A stretch of DNA of 64,000 bases from Nostoc sp. DedSLP01 (lineage in GTDB: Bacteria > Cyanobacteriota > Cyanobacteriia > Cyanobacteriales > Nostocaceae): assembly GCA_034530875.2 (NCBI GenBank), contig JAVRCJ020000025.1:1-64000 (forward strand), given 5' to 3'. How positions within the stretch are numbered: the stretch's first letter is position 1; each line of letters starts with the position of its first letter. The notes under the pieces are model-generated. The model ran no database searches and had not been told where the DNA came from. It worked only from the letters and a program-made list of their open reading frames with translations. Both the position numbers and the translations under genes were made by a program. This document shows positions 9,395 to 19,783 of this stretch, piece by piece.

Positions 9395-11296
9395 ATGGCA
9401 AAAGTAGTTGGAATTGACTTAGGTACAACGAACTCCTGCGTGGCAGTGATGGAAGGTGGTAAACCCACAGTTATTGCTAATGCAGAAGGTTTTCGGACAA
9501 CACCATCAGTAGTTGCATTTGCCAAAAATGGCGATCGCTTGGTTGGTCAAATCGCCAAACGTCAAGCGGTGATGAACCCCGAAAATACGTTTTACTCTGT
9601 CAAGCGCTTTATTGGACGCCGCTTTGACGAAGTTACCAAGGAGACCACTGAAGTTTCTTACAAAGTCCTTGGCAGCGGCGGCAATGTCAAGCTAGACTCT
9701 CCTGGCGCTGGTAAGCAATTTGCCCCTGAAGAAATTTCTGCACAAGTTCTCCGCAAGCTAGTTGAAGATGCTAGCAAATACCTAGGTGAAACTGTAACTC
9801 AAGCTGTAATTACAGTTCCGGCATACTTCAACGACTCCCAACGCCAAGCGACAAAAGACGCAGGTAAAATTGCGGGTATCGAAGTTCTACGGATTATCAA
9901 CGAACCTACAGCCGCTTCTCTAGCTTATGGCTTTGATAAAAAGAGCAACGAAACAATTCTGGTATTTGACCTTGGTGGCGGTACCTTCGACGTGTCCGTG
10001 CTAGAAGTAGGCGATGGAGTTTTTGAAGTGTTAGCCACATCTGGTGATACTCACCTTGGTGGTGACGACTTCGATAAGAAAATAGTTGACTTCTTAGCTG
10101 AGAAGTTCAAGAAAGACGAAGGCATCGATCTACGCAAAGATAAACAAGCTTTACAACGTTTGACTGAAGCCGCAGAGAAAGCAAAAATTGAACTTTCTAG
10201 CGTTACCCAAGCAGAAATCAACCTCCCATTTATCACCGCTACTCAGGACGGGCCTAAACACCTGGATACAACCCTGACTCGCGCTAAATTTGAAGAACTT
10301 TGCTCTGACTTAATCGACCGTTGCCGTATCCCCGTAGAAAACGCTCTCCGGGATGCCAAGCTCAACAAAGACGCTATTGATGAAGTCGTGTTAGTTGGTG
10401 GTTCTACCCGTATTCCCGCAGTACAACAGATTGTGAAGCAGGTATTGGGTAAAGATCCCAACCAAAGCGTTAACCCTGATGAAGTTGTGGCAGTAGGCGC
10501 AGCAATTCAGGCAGGCGTACTAGCTGGTGATGTTACTGGCATCTTACTGTTAGACGTAACACCACTATCTTTGGGTGTTGAAACATTGGGCGGCGTGATG
10601 ACCAAAATTATCCCCCGCAACACCACAATTCCTACCAAGAAATCTGAAGTGTTCTCCACCGCTGTGGACGGTCAAACCAACGTAGAAATTCACGTCCTCC
10701 AAGGCGAACGCGAATTCTCTTCTGATAACAAGAGTTTGGGAACCTTCCGCCTCGATGGAATTCCACCCGCACCACGTGGCGTTCCCCAAATTGAAGTTGT
10801 GTTCGACATTGACGCCAACGGTATCCTCAATGTCACCGCCAAGGATAAAGGTACTGGTAAAGAACAGTCCATCAGCATCACTGGCGCTTCGACATTGGAT
10901 AAAAATGACGTTGACCGGATGGTTAGAGAAGCCGAACAAAACGCTTCAACTGACAAAGAACGGCGCGAGAAAATCGAACGCAAGAACCAAGCCGACTCTT
11001 TGGCATACCAAGCCGAGAAGCAGCTACAAGAATTGGGCGATAAAGTACCCGCTGCTGACAAGACCAAAGTTGATGGTTTAGTGAAAGAACTGCGGGAAGC
11101 GATCGCCAAAGATGACGACGAGCAAATCAAGAAGCTGACCCCAGAATTGCAACAAGCACTATTCGCCGTTGGTAGCAACATCTATCAACAAGCTGGTGGC
11201 GGTGCTGCACCAGGTGCAGAACCTCAAGATGGCAGTTCCTCCTCCGCTGGTAGCGGCGATGATGTGATTGACGCCGATTTTACAGAAAGCAAATAA
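9395..11296 (+). CDS. dnaK: Molecular chaperone DnaK (DnaK2 type)
   Basis: [27 protein letters not shown] and a C-terminal DDVIDADF. Confidence 0.99.
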   Translation: MAKVVGIDLGTTNSCVAVMEGGKPTVIANAEGFRTTPSVVAFAKNGDRLVGQIAKRQAVMNPENTFYSVKRFIGRRFDEVTKETTEVSYKVLGSGGNVKLDSPGAGKQFAPEEISAQVLRKLVEDASKYLGETVTQAVITVPAYFNDSQRQATKDAGKIAGIEVLRIINEPTAASLAYGFDKKSNETILVFDLGGGTFDVSVLEVGDGVFEVLATSGDTHLGGDDFDKKIVDFLAEKFKKDEGIDLRKDKQALQRLTEAAEKAKIELSSVTQAEINLPFITATQDGPKHLDTTLTRAKFEELCSDLIDRCRIPVENALRDAKLNKDAIDEVVLVGGSTRIPAVQQIVKQVLGKDPNQSVNPDEVVAVGAAIQAGVLAGDVTGILLLDVTPLSLGVETLGGVMTKIIPRNTTIPTKKSEVFSTAVDGQTNVEIHVLQGEREFSSDNKSLGTFRLDGIPPAPRGVPQIEVVFDIDANGILNVTAKDKGTGKEQSISITGASTLDKNDVDRMVREAEQNASTDKERREKIERKNQADSLAYQAEKQLQELGDKVPAADKTKVDGLVKELREAIAKDDDEQIKKLTPELQQALFAVGSNIYQQAGGGAAPGAEPQDGSSSSAGSGDDVIDADFTESK

Positions 11297-11342
11297 TTTT
11301 CCTATTTCTTCAGGAAGATTATTGTGTCACACCCCATATTTC

Positions 11343-11377
11343 CCCATCCAAGCTGTTGCCTGGGTGGGATTTTTTTT
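11343..11377 (+). terminator. Intrinsic terminator of dnaK
   Basis: CCCATCCA...TGGGTGGG stem followed by a T run. Confidence 0.7.
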
Positions 11378-11416
11378 AGCAGTTAGCAGTTAAGAATTAG
11401 AGTTAGGAGTGAGGAA

Positions 11417-11536
11417 TAATATAGCAGTCTTGAATCATTCGTGCAAAAACATACTACATTTATAAATCCTTCTTTCCTGTTCCCTTTTACCTACCTCAAC
11501 GAGTAATTTCACAACTTATTTAGGATTGCTATATTA
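11417..11536. mobile_element. MITE-like element (~120 bp)
   Basis: Imperfect ~28-bp terminal inverted repeats TAATATAGCAGTCTTGAATCATTCGTG / CACAACTTATTTAGGATTGCTATATTA, flanked by STRR tracts. Confidence 0.7.
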
Positions 11537-11614
11537 CTAAATTCTGATGTGGAAATTTCAAACTTCTTTTAACTCCTAACTCCTAACTCTCAACTATTAA
11601 CTCCTAACTTTCTT

Positions 11615-12247
11615 ATGCCTTATCCTCAAGCCCCTTGGACACTTCAAGGCTACGCTATCCAAACTTTGCATTGGGTGAATATTGACCGAGTGCGGCCTTT
11701 AATTCCTTCAGAATTAGAAATTTTTTCTGTATGGCCTGGTAAAACAATTGCTAGTGTGTATTTATCTAATTACGGCTCAGGCTCGGTATTGAAGTACAAT
11801 GAGTTAATTATTGCCCCAGCTTTAGTTCATCACCAAACGAAAATCGGCGCTTGGATTTCGCATATTTATGTAGATAATATTGATTCTGTCGCTGGTGGTC
11901 GAGAAATTTGGGGGCTACCGAAGGAATTAGCTGAGTTTCGCCTAGAAGGAGAATGCGCTACTGTATATCAGGCAAGCCAGAAGCTGTGTAGTTTTAACCA
12001 CGATCGCCAAAGTTGGGCATGGCCTATAAAATTAGGCGCGTCTAGTTTTAGTGCCAAGGGTACTGATTTGCTGATGTTCTCGGCTGAAGTTGAGTCTTTT
12101 TTGGGCTTGATTGATTGTCAGTTAGACATTCCTGCTGAAAGCCCTTTTTCGGAGATAGGTTTAGGTCAGCCTTGGCTAACTGTGCGTTACCAACAGATGA
12201 ATTTGCGAGTTGATGCCCCAAAAGCGATCGGTGAGATACACATTTAG
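11615..12247 (+). CDS. Acetoacetate decarboxylase family protein
   Basis: YPQAPW, YNELI, and GGREIWGLPKELA with the Schiff-base Lys. Confidence 0.85.
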   Translation: MPYPQAPWTLQGYAIQTLHWVNIDRVRPLIPSELEIFSVWPGKTIASVYLSNYGSGSVLKYNELIIAPALVHHQTKIGAWISHIYVDNIDSVAGGREIWGLPKELAEFRLEGECATVYQASQKLCSFNHDRQSWAWPIKLGASSFSAKGTDLLMFSAEVESFLGLIDCQLDIPAESPFSEIGLGQPWLTVRYQQMNLRVDAPKAIGEIHI

Positions 12248-12596
12248 CTATTTCCGGATTCAGATACAATAGCGAGGCGATCGCTGCTAACGCGCTTTAG
12301 ATTTCAATTCCATAACTAGGGGGGCAAGATGCCCACCCTACATAGTTTTCATGAAATTGAGATATCCAAACTACATTTGGAACACTTTCACAAGTAGCTT
12401 TTAATATATTTCGACCAAAATCCGGAATAGTCTATTTGAATTGTGTAGCTCTCTATATAATCAAAAAAGCAGATAGAAGCTAATTACTTAAAAATGTAAA
12501 GGATAAATTATATTGGCGATCGCATATAACTATTTTTAAAATTAAACTCCCTAATCAATTAACAAGCTTGAGAAAACGACACAATTAACTAACTGG

Positions 12597-12626
12597 CCCT
12601 ACTGCTAATTAACAGTAGGGTTTTTT
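12597..12626 (+). terminator. Intrinsic terminator-like hairpin
   Basis: CCCTACTG-loop-CAGTAGGG followed by TTTTTT. Confidence 0.65.
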
Positions 12627-12786
12627 GTGCAGATTATTTTTTTGAGATTTATTAACAAATTTAACTCAATATTATGGTTTAAATAACTTTGATAATTTTA
12701 GAACAAGAATGTTACTCAATTGGTGTATTAGCACGCATGATTTTCCTCATTGCTCTTGGAGGAAAACCTGGAGTCTTGCCATGCCA

Positions 12787-12898
12787 GTAGTAGCGTGTCT
12801 AGACTAAAATGTTGCAATAGATTTTGAAGTTTATTTAGCGCTAAAGCGCAACTACGAACGCTTTCTAATGCACTATTTTAGCCTTGACACGTTACTAC
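12787..12898. mobile_element. MITE-like element (~112 bp)
   Basis: Terminal inverted repeats GTAGTAGCGTGTCTAGACTAAAAT / ATTTTAGCCTTGACACGTTACTAC (21/24 match). Confidence 0.7.
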
Positions 12899-12985
12899 AC
12901 ATACTGAGTCGGAATCACTGGACTGTATTTGAGAAGACCTTCTAGATTGTCCACATAGAAATTTTGCTGCTTACAAACTATGTAT

Positions 12986-13897
12986 TTATTGGTGTGGATA
13001 TGACAATACTGTTCCAAGCTTTGACAAATCTCTATCAACTCGGATAAAGAATAAGCAACCATCATCTGTTCTATGCCAAGGAGAAGTAGTAAAGCTAGGA
13101 TCATAGCCAAAACAATCCTTTACAAATCGGAAATCTCCTATATCGCAGTATCCAGCCAAACAATATGCTTCTTCGTTATAACATTGAATCATTGGATATC
13201 TGCCATCATAATGTGGCAAGATTGCAAGCAACCATACTCCACCACCATTACTATCTTTTCTGAGGTACTTTTTTTTAGACACCTCAAATTGAACTGTATC
13301 TGTCTTGCCCCACGGTAGCAATTTACTATCTAATGCCGGAATAAAATCCTTTACTTTAGCAAGCAGATGATCGTTTAATGCATTTTTATACTCTAATATA
13401 ACTGGGCCGTTCTCCATCCAGAGAATTTCAACTTCTTCATTACCCAGCACTTTCCAAGGGCCGACTTTCACACCTGCGGGAATAAAAGAGTAGCCATGCT
13501 TGTTTAACTGCCACTCCCCTAATTGAATTGCACCCTTCAATACAAAAATTTCTAAATCAGCAGTAAAGTAGCCAGAAGGTGCCTCAAAGTCAGGTGGTAA
13601 AACTACTCTTGACGTGGATGCACCACAATCATGCCACGTTAGCAATCGCCTACTTCCAAATGCTACATCATTTGGCATTCCAATCACTCGCCAATTGTAT
13701 TTTTCTGGCAGTGGGTTTGTATCAAAAAATTGGTACTTTCGAGGTGCATACTCTTGGGAGATTGCTGTACGCCTTCCTGATAAATTCATGCGTCCTATTC
13801 CATCTCCACCCCAATCTTCTTTTACAGGTGGTACATTCAAAAAATTATTAGTTTGGTTTTCTTGTGCGGAGTTAAAATTTATATTTTCTTCGCCCAC
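12986..13897 (-). CDS. Bicupin protein (DUF4437/ChrR-like cupin)
   Basis: Two cupin-like motifs: EIFVLKG...GYSFIPAG and EEAYCLAG...PWHRTDDGCLFFIR. Confidence 0.65.
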   Translation of the reverse strand: MGEENINFNSAQENQTNNFLNVPPVKEDWGGDGIGRMNLSGRRTAISQEYAPRKYQFFDTNPLPEKYNWRVIGMPNDVAFGSRRLLTWHDCGASTSRVVLPPDFEAPSGYFTADLEIFVLKGAIQLGEWQLNKHGYSFIPAGVKVGPWKVLGNEEVEILWMENGPVILEYKNALNDHLLAKVKDFIPALDSKLLPWGKTDTVQFEVSKKKYLRKDSNGGGVWLLAILPHYDGRYPMIQCYNEEAYCLAGYCDIGDFRFVKDCFGYDPSFTTSPWHRTDDGCLFFIRVDRDLSKLGTVLSYPHQ

Positions 13898-14128
13898 AAC
13901 TTTATATCCTCGCGTTTATATGGTTATCTTTGGGTATTAATTTTTGTATTCCATGAACTTATCCCACTATTCTAAAAATCCTTAATTATGGTCGTAAAAC
14001 GTGTCTGAAAACCTTGATTTTTGTTTTTTAATTCTCAATCAGCTTAAGCTTCATAACGCAAATATTATTAGTGGGATAGGTTCATTTACTGGATGTTTTT
14101 CTAAAAATTATGTTGCTAATTGAGAAAA

Positions 14129-14428
14129 TTACCTTTTTTGCGCGGTATTCTGTAGCCATTCAATCAGGGGTCTTAAAGTTCCTGGCAATGCGGCTTCGCT
14201 AACAGTTACAGTATGCTGCCTACCGTTATCTTCTAGTGTTAATTTATATTGAAAGCGATCGCTCTGGGGATTGGGCGAGGTAATTCTTTCTGGTAGCCTA
14301 AAAAAATCAGCAGCTTCCACTAGTCTCTTAAGGGTGTCAGCTTCGTTTGCTGGGAGTTCGGCTGTATCAGCCGTTGTTCTCTTGGTAATTCCAGCAAAAC
14401 CGCCTGTGCGTTCCAAGGATATCCGCAT
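14129..14428 (-). CDS. Emfourin (protealysin/M4 peptidase inhibitor)
   Basis: MRISLERTGGFAG and DRFQYKLT; lies directly downstream of the M4 peptidase. Confidence 0.88.
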   Translation of the reverse strand: MRISLERTGGFAGITKRTTADTAELPANEADTLKRLVEAADFFRLPERITSPNPQSDRFQYKLTLEDNGRQHTVTVSEAALPGTLRPLIEWLQNTAQKR

Positions 14429-14605
14429 TATTTTCTTCTCCGTTGTGCTATTTAGTTGGGAGAAATGCAAAGACTGGAAGATGAGAATTCTCACCTCCCA
14501 GTTTAGCAACAATAAATAATACAGCTACAAGTAAAGTTAGGAGTTAAGAGTTAGGAGTTAGAAATTGTAAGTTTTTTCTCAACTCCTCACTCCTAACTCC
14601 TAACT

Positions 14606-15685
14606 CTAAATAACCCCTACCTTTTCCCAAGCGTTGCGCACGACTTTCTGCTCGTTACTGTCATTACCGTAGAGTTCGCCGGCAACTTGAATGATGACGT
14701 TGGCAGCTTTTTTAAAGTCGGCTTTGGCACGCAGGCGATCGCGTAAAGCTACGTACCAGATTTTACCAACTTTTTCCCAGGCATAACCATCAATCTCAAC
14801 AGCCGCGAGATAAAAAGCACGGTTAGGAATTCCTGAGTTGATATGGACGCCAGCATTATCTTCAGAACCAGTATATTTATCTTTCATGTGCCCTGGCTGG
14901 GGATCTTTACCTAATACTGAGTCGTCGTAGGCTGTTCCTGGGTCTTTCATCGAACGGATACCAACGCCTTTAACAGTTGGTGCCAAAAGACCTTCGCCAA
15001 TAATCCAATCTGCTTCTTGTGCAGTTTGATTTTTGAACTTTTGTTTCACTAGGGAACCAAAGACATCAGAAAACGATTCGTTGAGTGCGCCTGGTTCGCC
15101 ATAATACTGTAAACCCGCTTCGTACTGAGTGACACCATGAGCTAACTCATGCCCAATCACATCGATTGATACTGTAAAGCGTTGAAACAGTTCTCCGTCA
15201 CCATCACCATAAACCATTTGGTCGCCGTTCCAAAAGGCGTTGTCGTACTTGACGCCATAATGCACGGTGGAGTCTAAACGCAGACCCTTGTCATCAATGG
15301 AATTGCGATCGAATATCTCATAAAACAAGTCATAAGTAGCACCAGCAGCATCGTAAGCTTCATTGACTGCTGCATCGCTGCTAGGAGGATCGCCTTCACC
15401 ACGCACTAGCGTACCAGGAAGTTGCTCGCTATTTTTGGCATCGTAAATGGTACGGCGCTTTTCACCTGGAGAAGGTGCAAAGGAGATATTACCTACGACA
15501 TTTCTACGCCCGCGAAGCTGTGCTGAAACATTTAATGTTTGAAAAGCCCAATTTCGCTGCTGGGGATTTCCATTTACTGCAACATTTTCCAGCATGTGAG
15601 GCGGGACAATACAACAAATTGGGCATCTAGAGTAAAGTGGATGCTCATGCTTAAACCCGGATGATTTCTTTTTATTTCGAGCCAT
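14606..15685 (-). CDS. Protealysin-like M4 zinc metalloprotease
   Basis: Short propeptide with CIVPPHML, NAFWNG, HELAH zinc motif, GALNESFSD and VHINSGIPN. Confidence 0.93.
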   Translation of the reverse strand: MARNKKKSSGFKHEHPLYSRCPICCIVPPHMLENVAVNGNPQQRNWAFQTLNVSAQLRGRRNVVGNISFAPSPGEKRRTIYDAKNSEQLPGTLVRGEGDPPSSDAAVNEAYDAAGATYDLFYEIFDRNSIDDKGLRLDSTVHYGVKYDNAFWNGDQMVYGDGDGELFQRFTVSIDVIGHELAHGVTQYEAGLQYYGEPGALNESFSDVFGSLVKQKFKNQTAQEADWIIGEGLLAPTVKGVGIRSMKDPGTAYDDSVLGKDPQPGHMKDKYTGSEDNAGVHINSGIPNRAFYLAAVEIDGYAWEKVGKIWYVALRDRLRAKADFKKAANVIIQVAGELYGNDSNEQKVVRNAWEKVGVI

Positions 15686-16423
15686 CCAAGATATTCTCCT
15701 TTTGAAACTAAGTGATGGCAAATAGTGGCTTTAACTCCACTTTTGAAAGAAGTAGAACCATGAATCTAATCCTGCGTCCCTGGTGTCTTTTGGCAAAGAA
15801 AGTTTCTACTTTTGATTTTCAGATAAGTGCATGGATTATGCATAGTACCCTCATGGGGTATTTTTGCTAAAGAAACAAGTTCCTTGTTCAATCCCCTAAT
15901 TTTAGTTAGGAGGTTTCAATTAGGGTTTAGAACTCGAAACTCATTACTAATGCTAGACTAAAGCGTTTATATAATAGTTCTTTTTCAGGTAAATAAGATT
16001 ATTTATTAGTATTTTGTTACTATATTATTACTTAATAATTTGGGAATAATAAAATTCTTAACTTATTCTAAAACTAGCGAATCCGAACAGGAAGAATGTA
16101 TCTAGATATTGATGAGGCTGAATAAGAGAGAGTAGAAAAATTCGCATAGTGTAAAAAATTTTCTCAGTGTAAGAGGGTATTTGAAAAGTTATCAGCGACC
16201 AAATTTTATGCCAAAAAAGGTAAATAATCGAAGGGTACGTTCCAATACTACTAGATTAAGAATTTTGGACTGAGAATTTTATTTTGGCAAAAGTTACTTG
16301 ATTTGAGTTAAAGGTTTTTCTTTTCCCTTAATCGGCAAGCATTGGGATACGTCCTTTTGATGGTACTTTGCTGCTGTGGCTCTGAACCCACTTGTATAGA
16401 AGATATGAAGCGGAGATAAAACA

Positions 16424-17164
16424 GTGCAAATCGTTAAACGCAATGTCGAGTTAAGAGTCGATGACAGTTTGATGCGCGTCTATGTAGCCTCTCCTAAAAC
16501 TCCAGGACTTTACCCTGGTATTGTATTTTACAGTGATATTTATCAGTTAGGCGAACCGATAATTCGTTTAGCTAACTATTTGGCAGGATATGGCTATGTA
16601 GTGGCTGCACCTGAAATTTTTCATCGCATTGAACCAATTGGGCAAGTTATCGAACCAAACGATCTCGGTAGGATGCGCGGTAATGATAACGCTCGTCGAA
16701 CAGCGATCGCACATTATGATACAGATTGTCGGGCTGTAATTGAATTCCTCAAAACCGACAGCGCAGTTTCTCCAGGCAAGATAGGCACTCTCGGCTTTTG
16801 TATTGGAGGACATTTAGCTTTTCGGGCTGCGTTCAATAGCGAAATTCAAGCTAGTGTTTGTTGCTATCCTACCGGCATTCCTAGTGGCAAACTGGGGCAA
16901 GGTGTAGCCGATACAATCCATCGAGTTAGTGAAATCAAAGCCCAAATATTAATGGTATTCGGTACACTCGACCCTCATATTCCCGACTCTGATCGACAAA
17001 CGATAATTAAAGCTTTAGAGAATGCTAATGTACCCCATAAAGTTCTTTTGTATGAAGCAGAACATACCTTCATGCGGGACGATGGTTATCGCTATGATTC
17101 TGCTGCCACTACCTCTGCTTGGGCGGAAATAATACCTTTCTTGCAAGGTGTGTTTGCAAACTGA
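16424..17164 (+). CDS. Dienelactone hydrolase family protein
   Basis: GFCIGG nucleophile motif, FGTLDPHI and HTFMRD. Confidence 0.9.
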   Translation: MQIVKRNVELRVDDSLMRVYVASPKTPGLYPGIVFYSDIYQLGEPIIRLANYLAGYGYVVAAPEIFHRIEPIGQVIEPNDLGRMRGNDNARRTAIAHYDTDCRAVIEFLKTDSAVSPGKIGTLGFCIGGHLAFRAAFNSEIQASVCCYPTGIPSGKLGQGVADTIHRVSEIKAQILMVFGTLDPHIPDSDRQTIIKALENANVPHKVLLYEAEHTFMRDDGYRYDSAATTSAWAEIIPFLQGVFAN

Positions 17165-17280
17165 AGAAGTTTTTTTAGCTACAAATAATGTCTATTCAGT
17201 TCGACGATTTGCCGAACTTGTAATTTATTCATTGATAAAGCGTTTTTCAGGTAAATAAACGCCTATCCCACACGCGTTTT

Positions 17281-17358
17281 ACCCCACCCCCAACCCCTCC
17301 CCTTGCCAAGGGGAGGGGCGGTTTTGGCTTTAGACAAAACCGGGGTGGGGTAACGCGG
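17281..17358. repeat. REP-like cruciform palindromic repeat
   Basis: Outer stem ACCCCACCC...GGGGTGGGGT encloses CCCCTCCCCTT-GCC-AAGGGGAGGGG and a second hairpin. A related copy is at 22677-22737. Confidence 0.75.
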
Positions 17359-17515
17359 ATCTTGATGTAAATGAGATAGCTAAATATCACATCTTTACAA
17401 GGGTTTGAAGTTAAGTTGACACCAATGCACAAATGTACGCCCCTACATCTAATTCATCTGTTGCAAAGATTTTGAAAATGTTATAAGAATCAAAAACGAA
17501 GAATTGAAGCCAAGG

Positions 17516-19774
17516 TTACTTTAAATAAATTAGTAAATTTAATCCGGGAATTGTGCGCGAGAGTGTCCACAAAACTATGGTGATGTAAATTAATCCCAGG
17601 CTCCATTGATACCAAGCAAGTGCAGAAATAATACCTGGTAAATGTTCGTCTCGCAAGCGAATATCATTAAATCCTAATCTGACTAGATTATTGAGACTAA
17701 AATCATAATAGTTGAGCCAATTCCAATGGCGATCGCCTAATAATGGCATATATCTTTCACGAAAAGTTTGATTTCTGGGAATCACTGGCAAACGCCCAAT
17801 TAACAATCGTAATTGCCGAAATGTTCCGTCTTCTGTAAAGTAAGAAATATTCATTAAATCGTGATAGCGGCCTTGTTGGTAAAGTCGAATTAATAACGCT
17901 ACCGGGATGGGGACAATAATTATGAAAAGACATCCCAAGGTTAATAAAGGTTGTTCTGCATTCCTAAAGATAGCTAATAAACTCAAGAATTCTAAAACGC
18001 TAAAACTGGTTAATATAGAAATGGTTTCATAGTATGTCGGAATAATTGGTAATGGACGCAAACGACGATAGCGATCTACTAGCCAAAATAACAAACCAAA
18101 ATAAGCGATCGCTACTCCGCCAACACCAAATACTAACCAAAAATTTGTACCGTAACCACTTAATAACAAAAGTACGCTTAATGCCAACCAACTCCAAGCT
18201 TTTAATAACCAAGTACCAATAGAAAGGGGTTCGCCAACAGTTAAGCGATCGCTTAATTTAGTATATGTTTCTAAATTGATGTCTGCTAAAGTGACTAACT
18301 CGCTAATATTGCGAAATAGTTTTATCGAACGACGCTGAATAATGGCTTTTGATTCAGTTGCCGAAAAACCCAAATGTATCAAACTTGGAACAGTTGCACT
18401 ATTAATATTTATCGCCGTTAATTTGCGGCTTAACTCTATTAATCGCAATCGTTGTTTTGTGTACTCCAAATCATTAGCATCGGCTACTTGCTGTTGTTGG
18501 CGAAAATTTTGCCCCAAATTCCGCAAGATATTTTGATTGCCTTGGAATCTAGGCACAGAAAATATTTGTCCAATCTCACCAGGATTGCCTAGAATTTTTG
18601 CTTGGTTAGAATTAAAAGTTAGACCAGCAACATTTAAAAAAGCGCCTTTCGCAAACCTGGCATCGCTAAAATCTGCTTGGTTGAGAATACTCGCACCTTG
18701 GAGATATACAGATTTGCTAAAGTCCACTTCTCTAAATATCACAGCTTGTTCAAAAGCTGTTTCGTTGAATAAGAGTAACTGATTAAAATCGCCTTTAGTA
18801 AATTGAACTTGATTGGCAAAACGGACGTGAGAAAAATCAGCAACATCTTGCCACGATACACTATTAAATCTAGCTAATTGCTTAAAATTTGCTCCGTCAA
18901 AGTTAGCAGCTTTTTCAAAAATGCTACCTTGAAAATCAATAGGTTCTTGAAATTGACTTTGTTTAAAATTAGCTTTATCAAAAAAAATACTGCTATAAAA
19001 ATTACTAGTTTGTCGGAAACTAGCACTGCTGAAGCTAACAGGACGAGCAAATCTGCTTTCAGCCCAGTTAGCAGCTTGTACAAAGGTAGCATTTTGGGCA
19101 TTTACAGACTGAAGAAAGAAGGTGTTAGCAAACTTTACTTCTCCATTGAAACGAGTTTGCACTAATGTCAAAGCACCACGAAACACAATAATTTCAGTTG
19201 ATTGATTTGACTCTGGAACTAAAAGCGATCGACAATCTTTAGAGTTGGGTAAAGCGTAGGTGTAGCCAGTTGTAGATATCGCTAGTGACTCTAAGCAAGC
19301 AAAGCGCAGATGTTGTAATTCCTCTTGTTCTGTAGGAGTGAAAATGGCGGCAATAGTCTGGGGATATAATGGTGTTCTTAAACCCAAATCGCTGCCTACA
19401 AAATCCCCTAGAATTAAAGCATAACTGAAATCTAAACCCAGAGGTTTTGTACTCAATTCTTTTCGCAATAATTGGTAAAAAGCATCGCGGAAAATATAAT
19501 TTTCTGGGCGTAAATCAATCACCGTCTTCTGCAAATCCACCGTCAAATTTCCTTCGCGGAGTGTTGGTGTACGCAGTCGTTCTTGTAATAATTCTAGGGT
19601 TAAAGGAGTGCGTTCTGGTTGTTGGGCTGCCCAAGTAGGTGAGGGGAGGAAGAGGAGAATTGATAAAACGCAAAGGAACGCAAAGGAAAGCGCAGAGGTT
19701 CGCAGAGTTTTTTCTCTGCGTAACTTTGCGTTTAACCTCTGTGTGCGTCTGCGTTGAAAAAATAAATTATGCAA
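17516..19774 (-). CDS. Pentapeptide-repeat membrane protein with helix-hairpin-helix domain
   Basis: A[ND]FxxxxF pentapeptide repeats, ININSAT...LGFS HhH-like segment and several C-terminal TM helices. The true start is uncertain because the N-terminus is repeat-derived. Confidence 0.82.
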   Translation of the reverse strand: MHNLFFQRRRTQRLNAKLRREKTLRTSALSFAFLCVLSILLFLPSPTWAAQQPERTPLTLELLQERLRTPTLREGNLTVDLQKTVIDLRPENYIFRDAFYQLLRKELSTKPLGLDFSYALILGDFVGSDLGLRTPLYPQTIAAIFTPTEQEELQHLRFACLESLAISTTGYTYALPNSKDCRSLLVPESNQSTEIIVFRGALTLVQTRFNGEVKFANTFFLQSVNAQNATFVQAANWAESRFARPVSFSSASFRQTSNFYSSIFFDKANFKQSQFQEPIDFQGSIFEKAANFDGANFKQLARFNSVSWQDVADFSHVRFANQVQFTKGDFNQLLLFNETAFEQAVIFREVDFSKSVYLQGASILNQADFSDARFAKGAFLNVAGLTFNSNQAKILGNPGEIGQIFSVPRFQGNQNILRNLGQNFRQQQQVADANDLEYTKQRLRLIELSRKLTAININSATVPSLIHLGFSATESKAIIQRRSIKLFRNISELVTLADINLETYTKLSDRLTVGEPLSIGTWLLKAWSWLALSVLLLLSGYGTNFWLVFGVGGVAIAYFGLLFWLVDRYRRLRPLPIIPTYYETISILTSFSVLEFLSLLAIFRNAEQPLLTLGCLFIIIVPIPVALLIRLYQQGRYHDLMNISYFTEDGTFRQLRLLIGRLPVIPRNQTFRERYMPLLGDRHWNWLNYYDFSLNNLVRLGFNDIRLRDEHLPGIISALAWYQWSLGLIYITIVLWTLSRTIPGLNLLIYLK
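19254..19282. mobile_element. SDR5-type 21-nt element inserted in a HIP1 site, in frame
   Basis: GCG^TAGGTGTAGCCAGTTGTAGAT^ATCGC: exactly 21 nt splitting GCGATCGC. Confidence 0.85.
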
Positions 19775-19783
19775 ATTGTTGGG

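Noticed and set aside
10051..11181. Antisense and alternate-frame ORFs within dnaK (and similar shadows in murE, gnd, devBC, cimA, map)
   Set aside because: Shadow frames of well-conserved genes.
16152..16260. AGAGGGTATTTGAAAAGTT, possible IS/MITE terminus (similar traces near 40730-40880)
   Set aside because: I found no convincing partner inverted repeat or transposase remnant, so it is too degraded to call.
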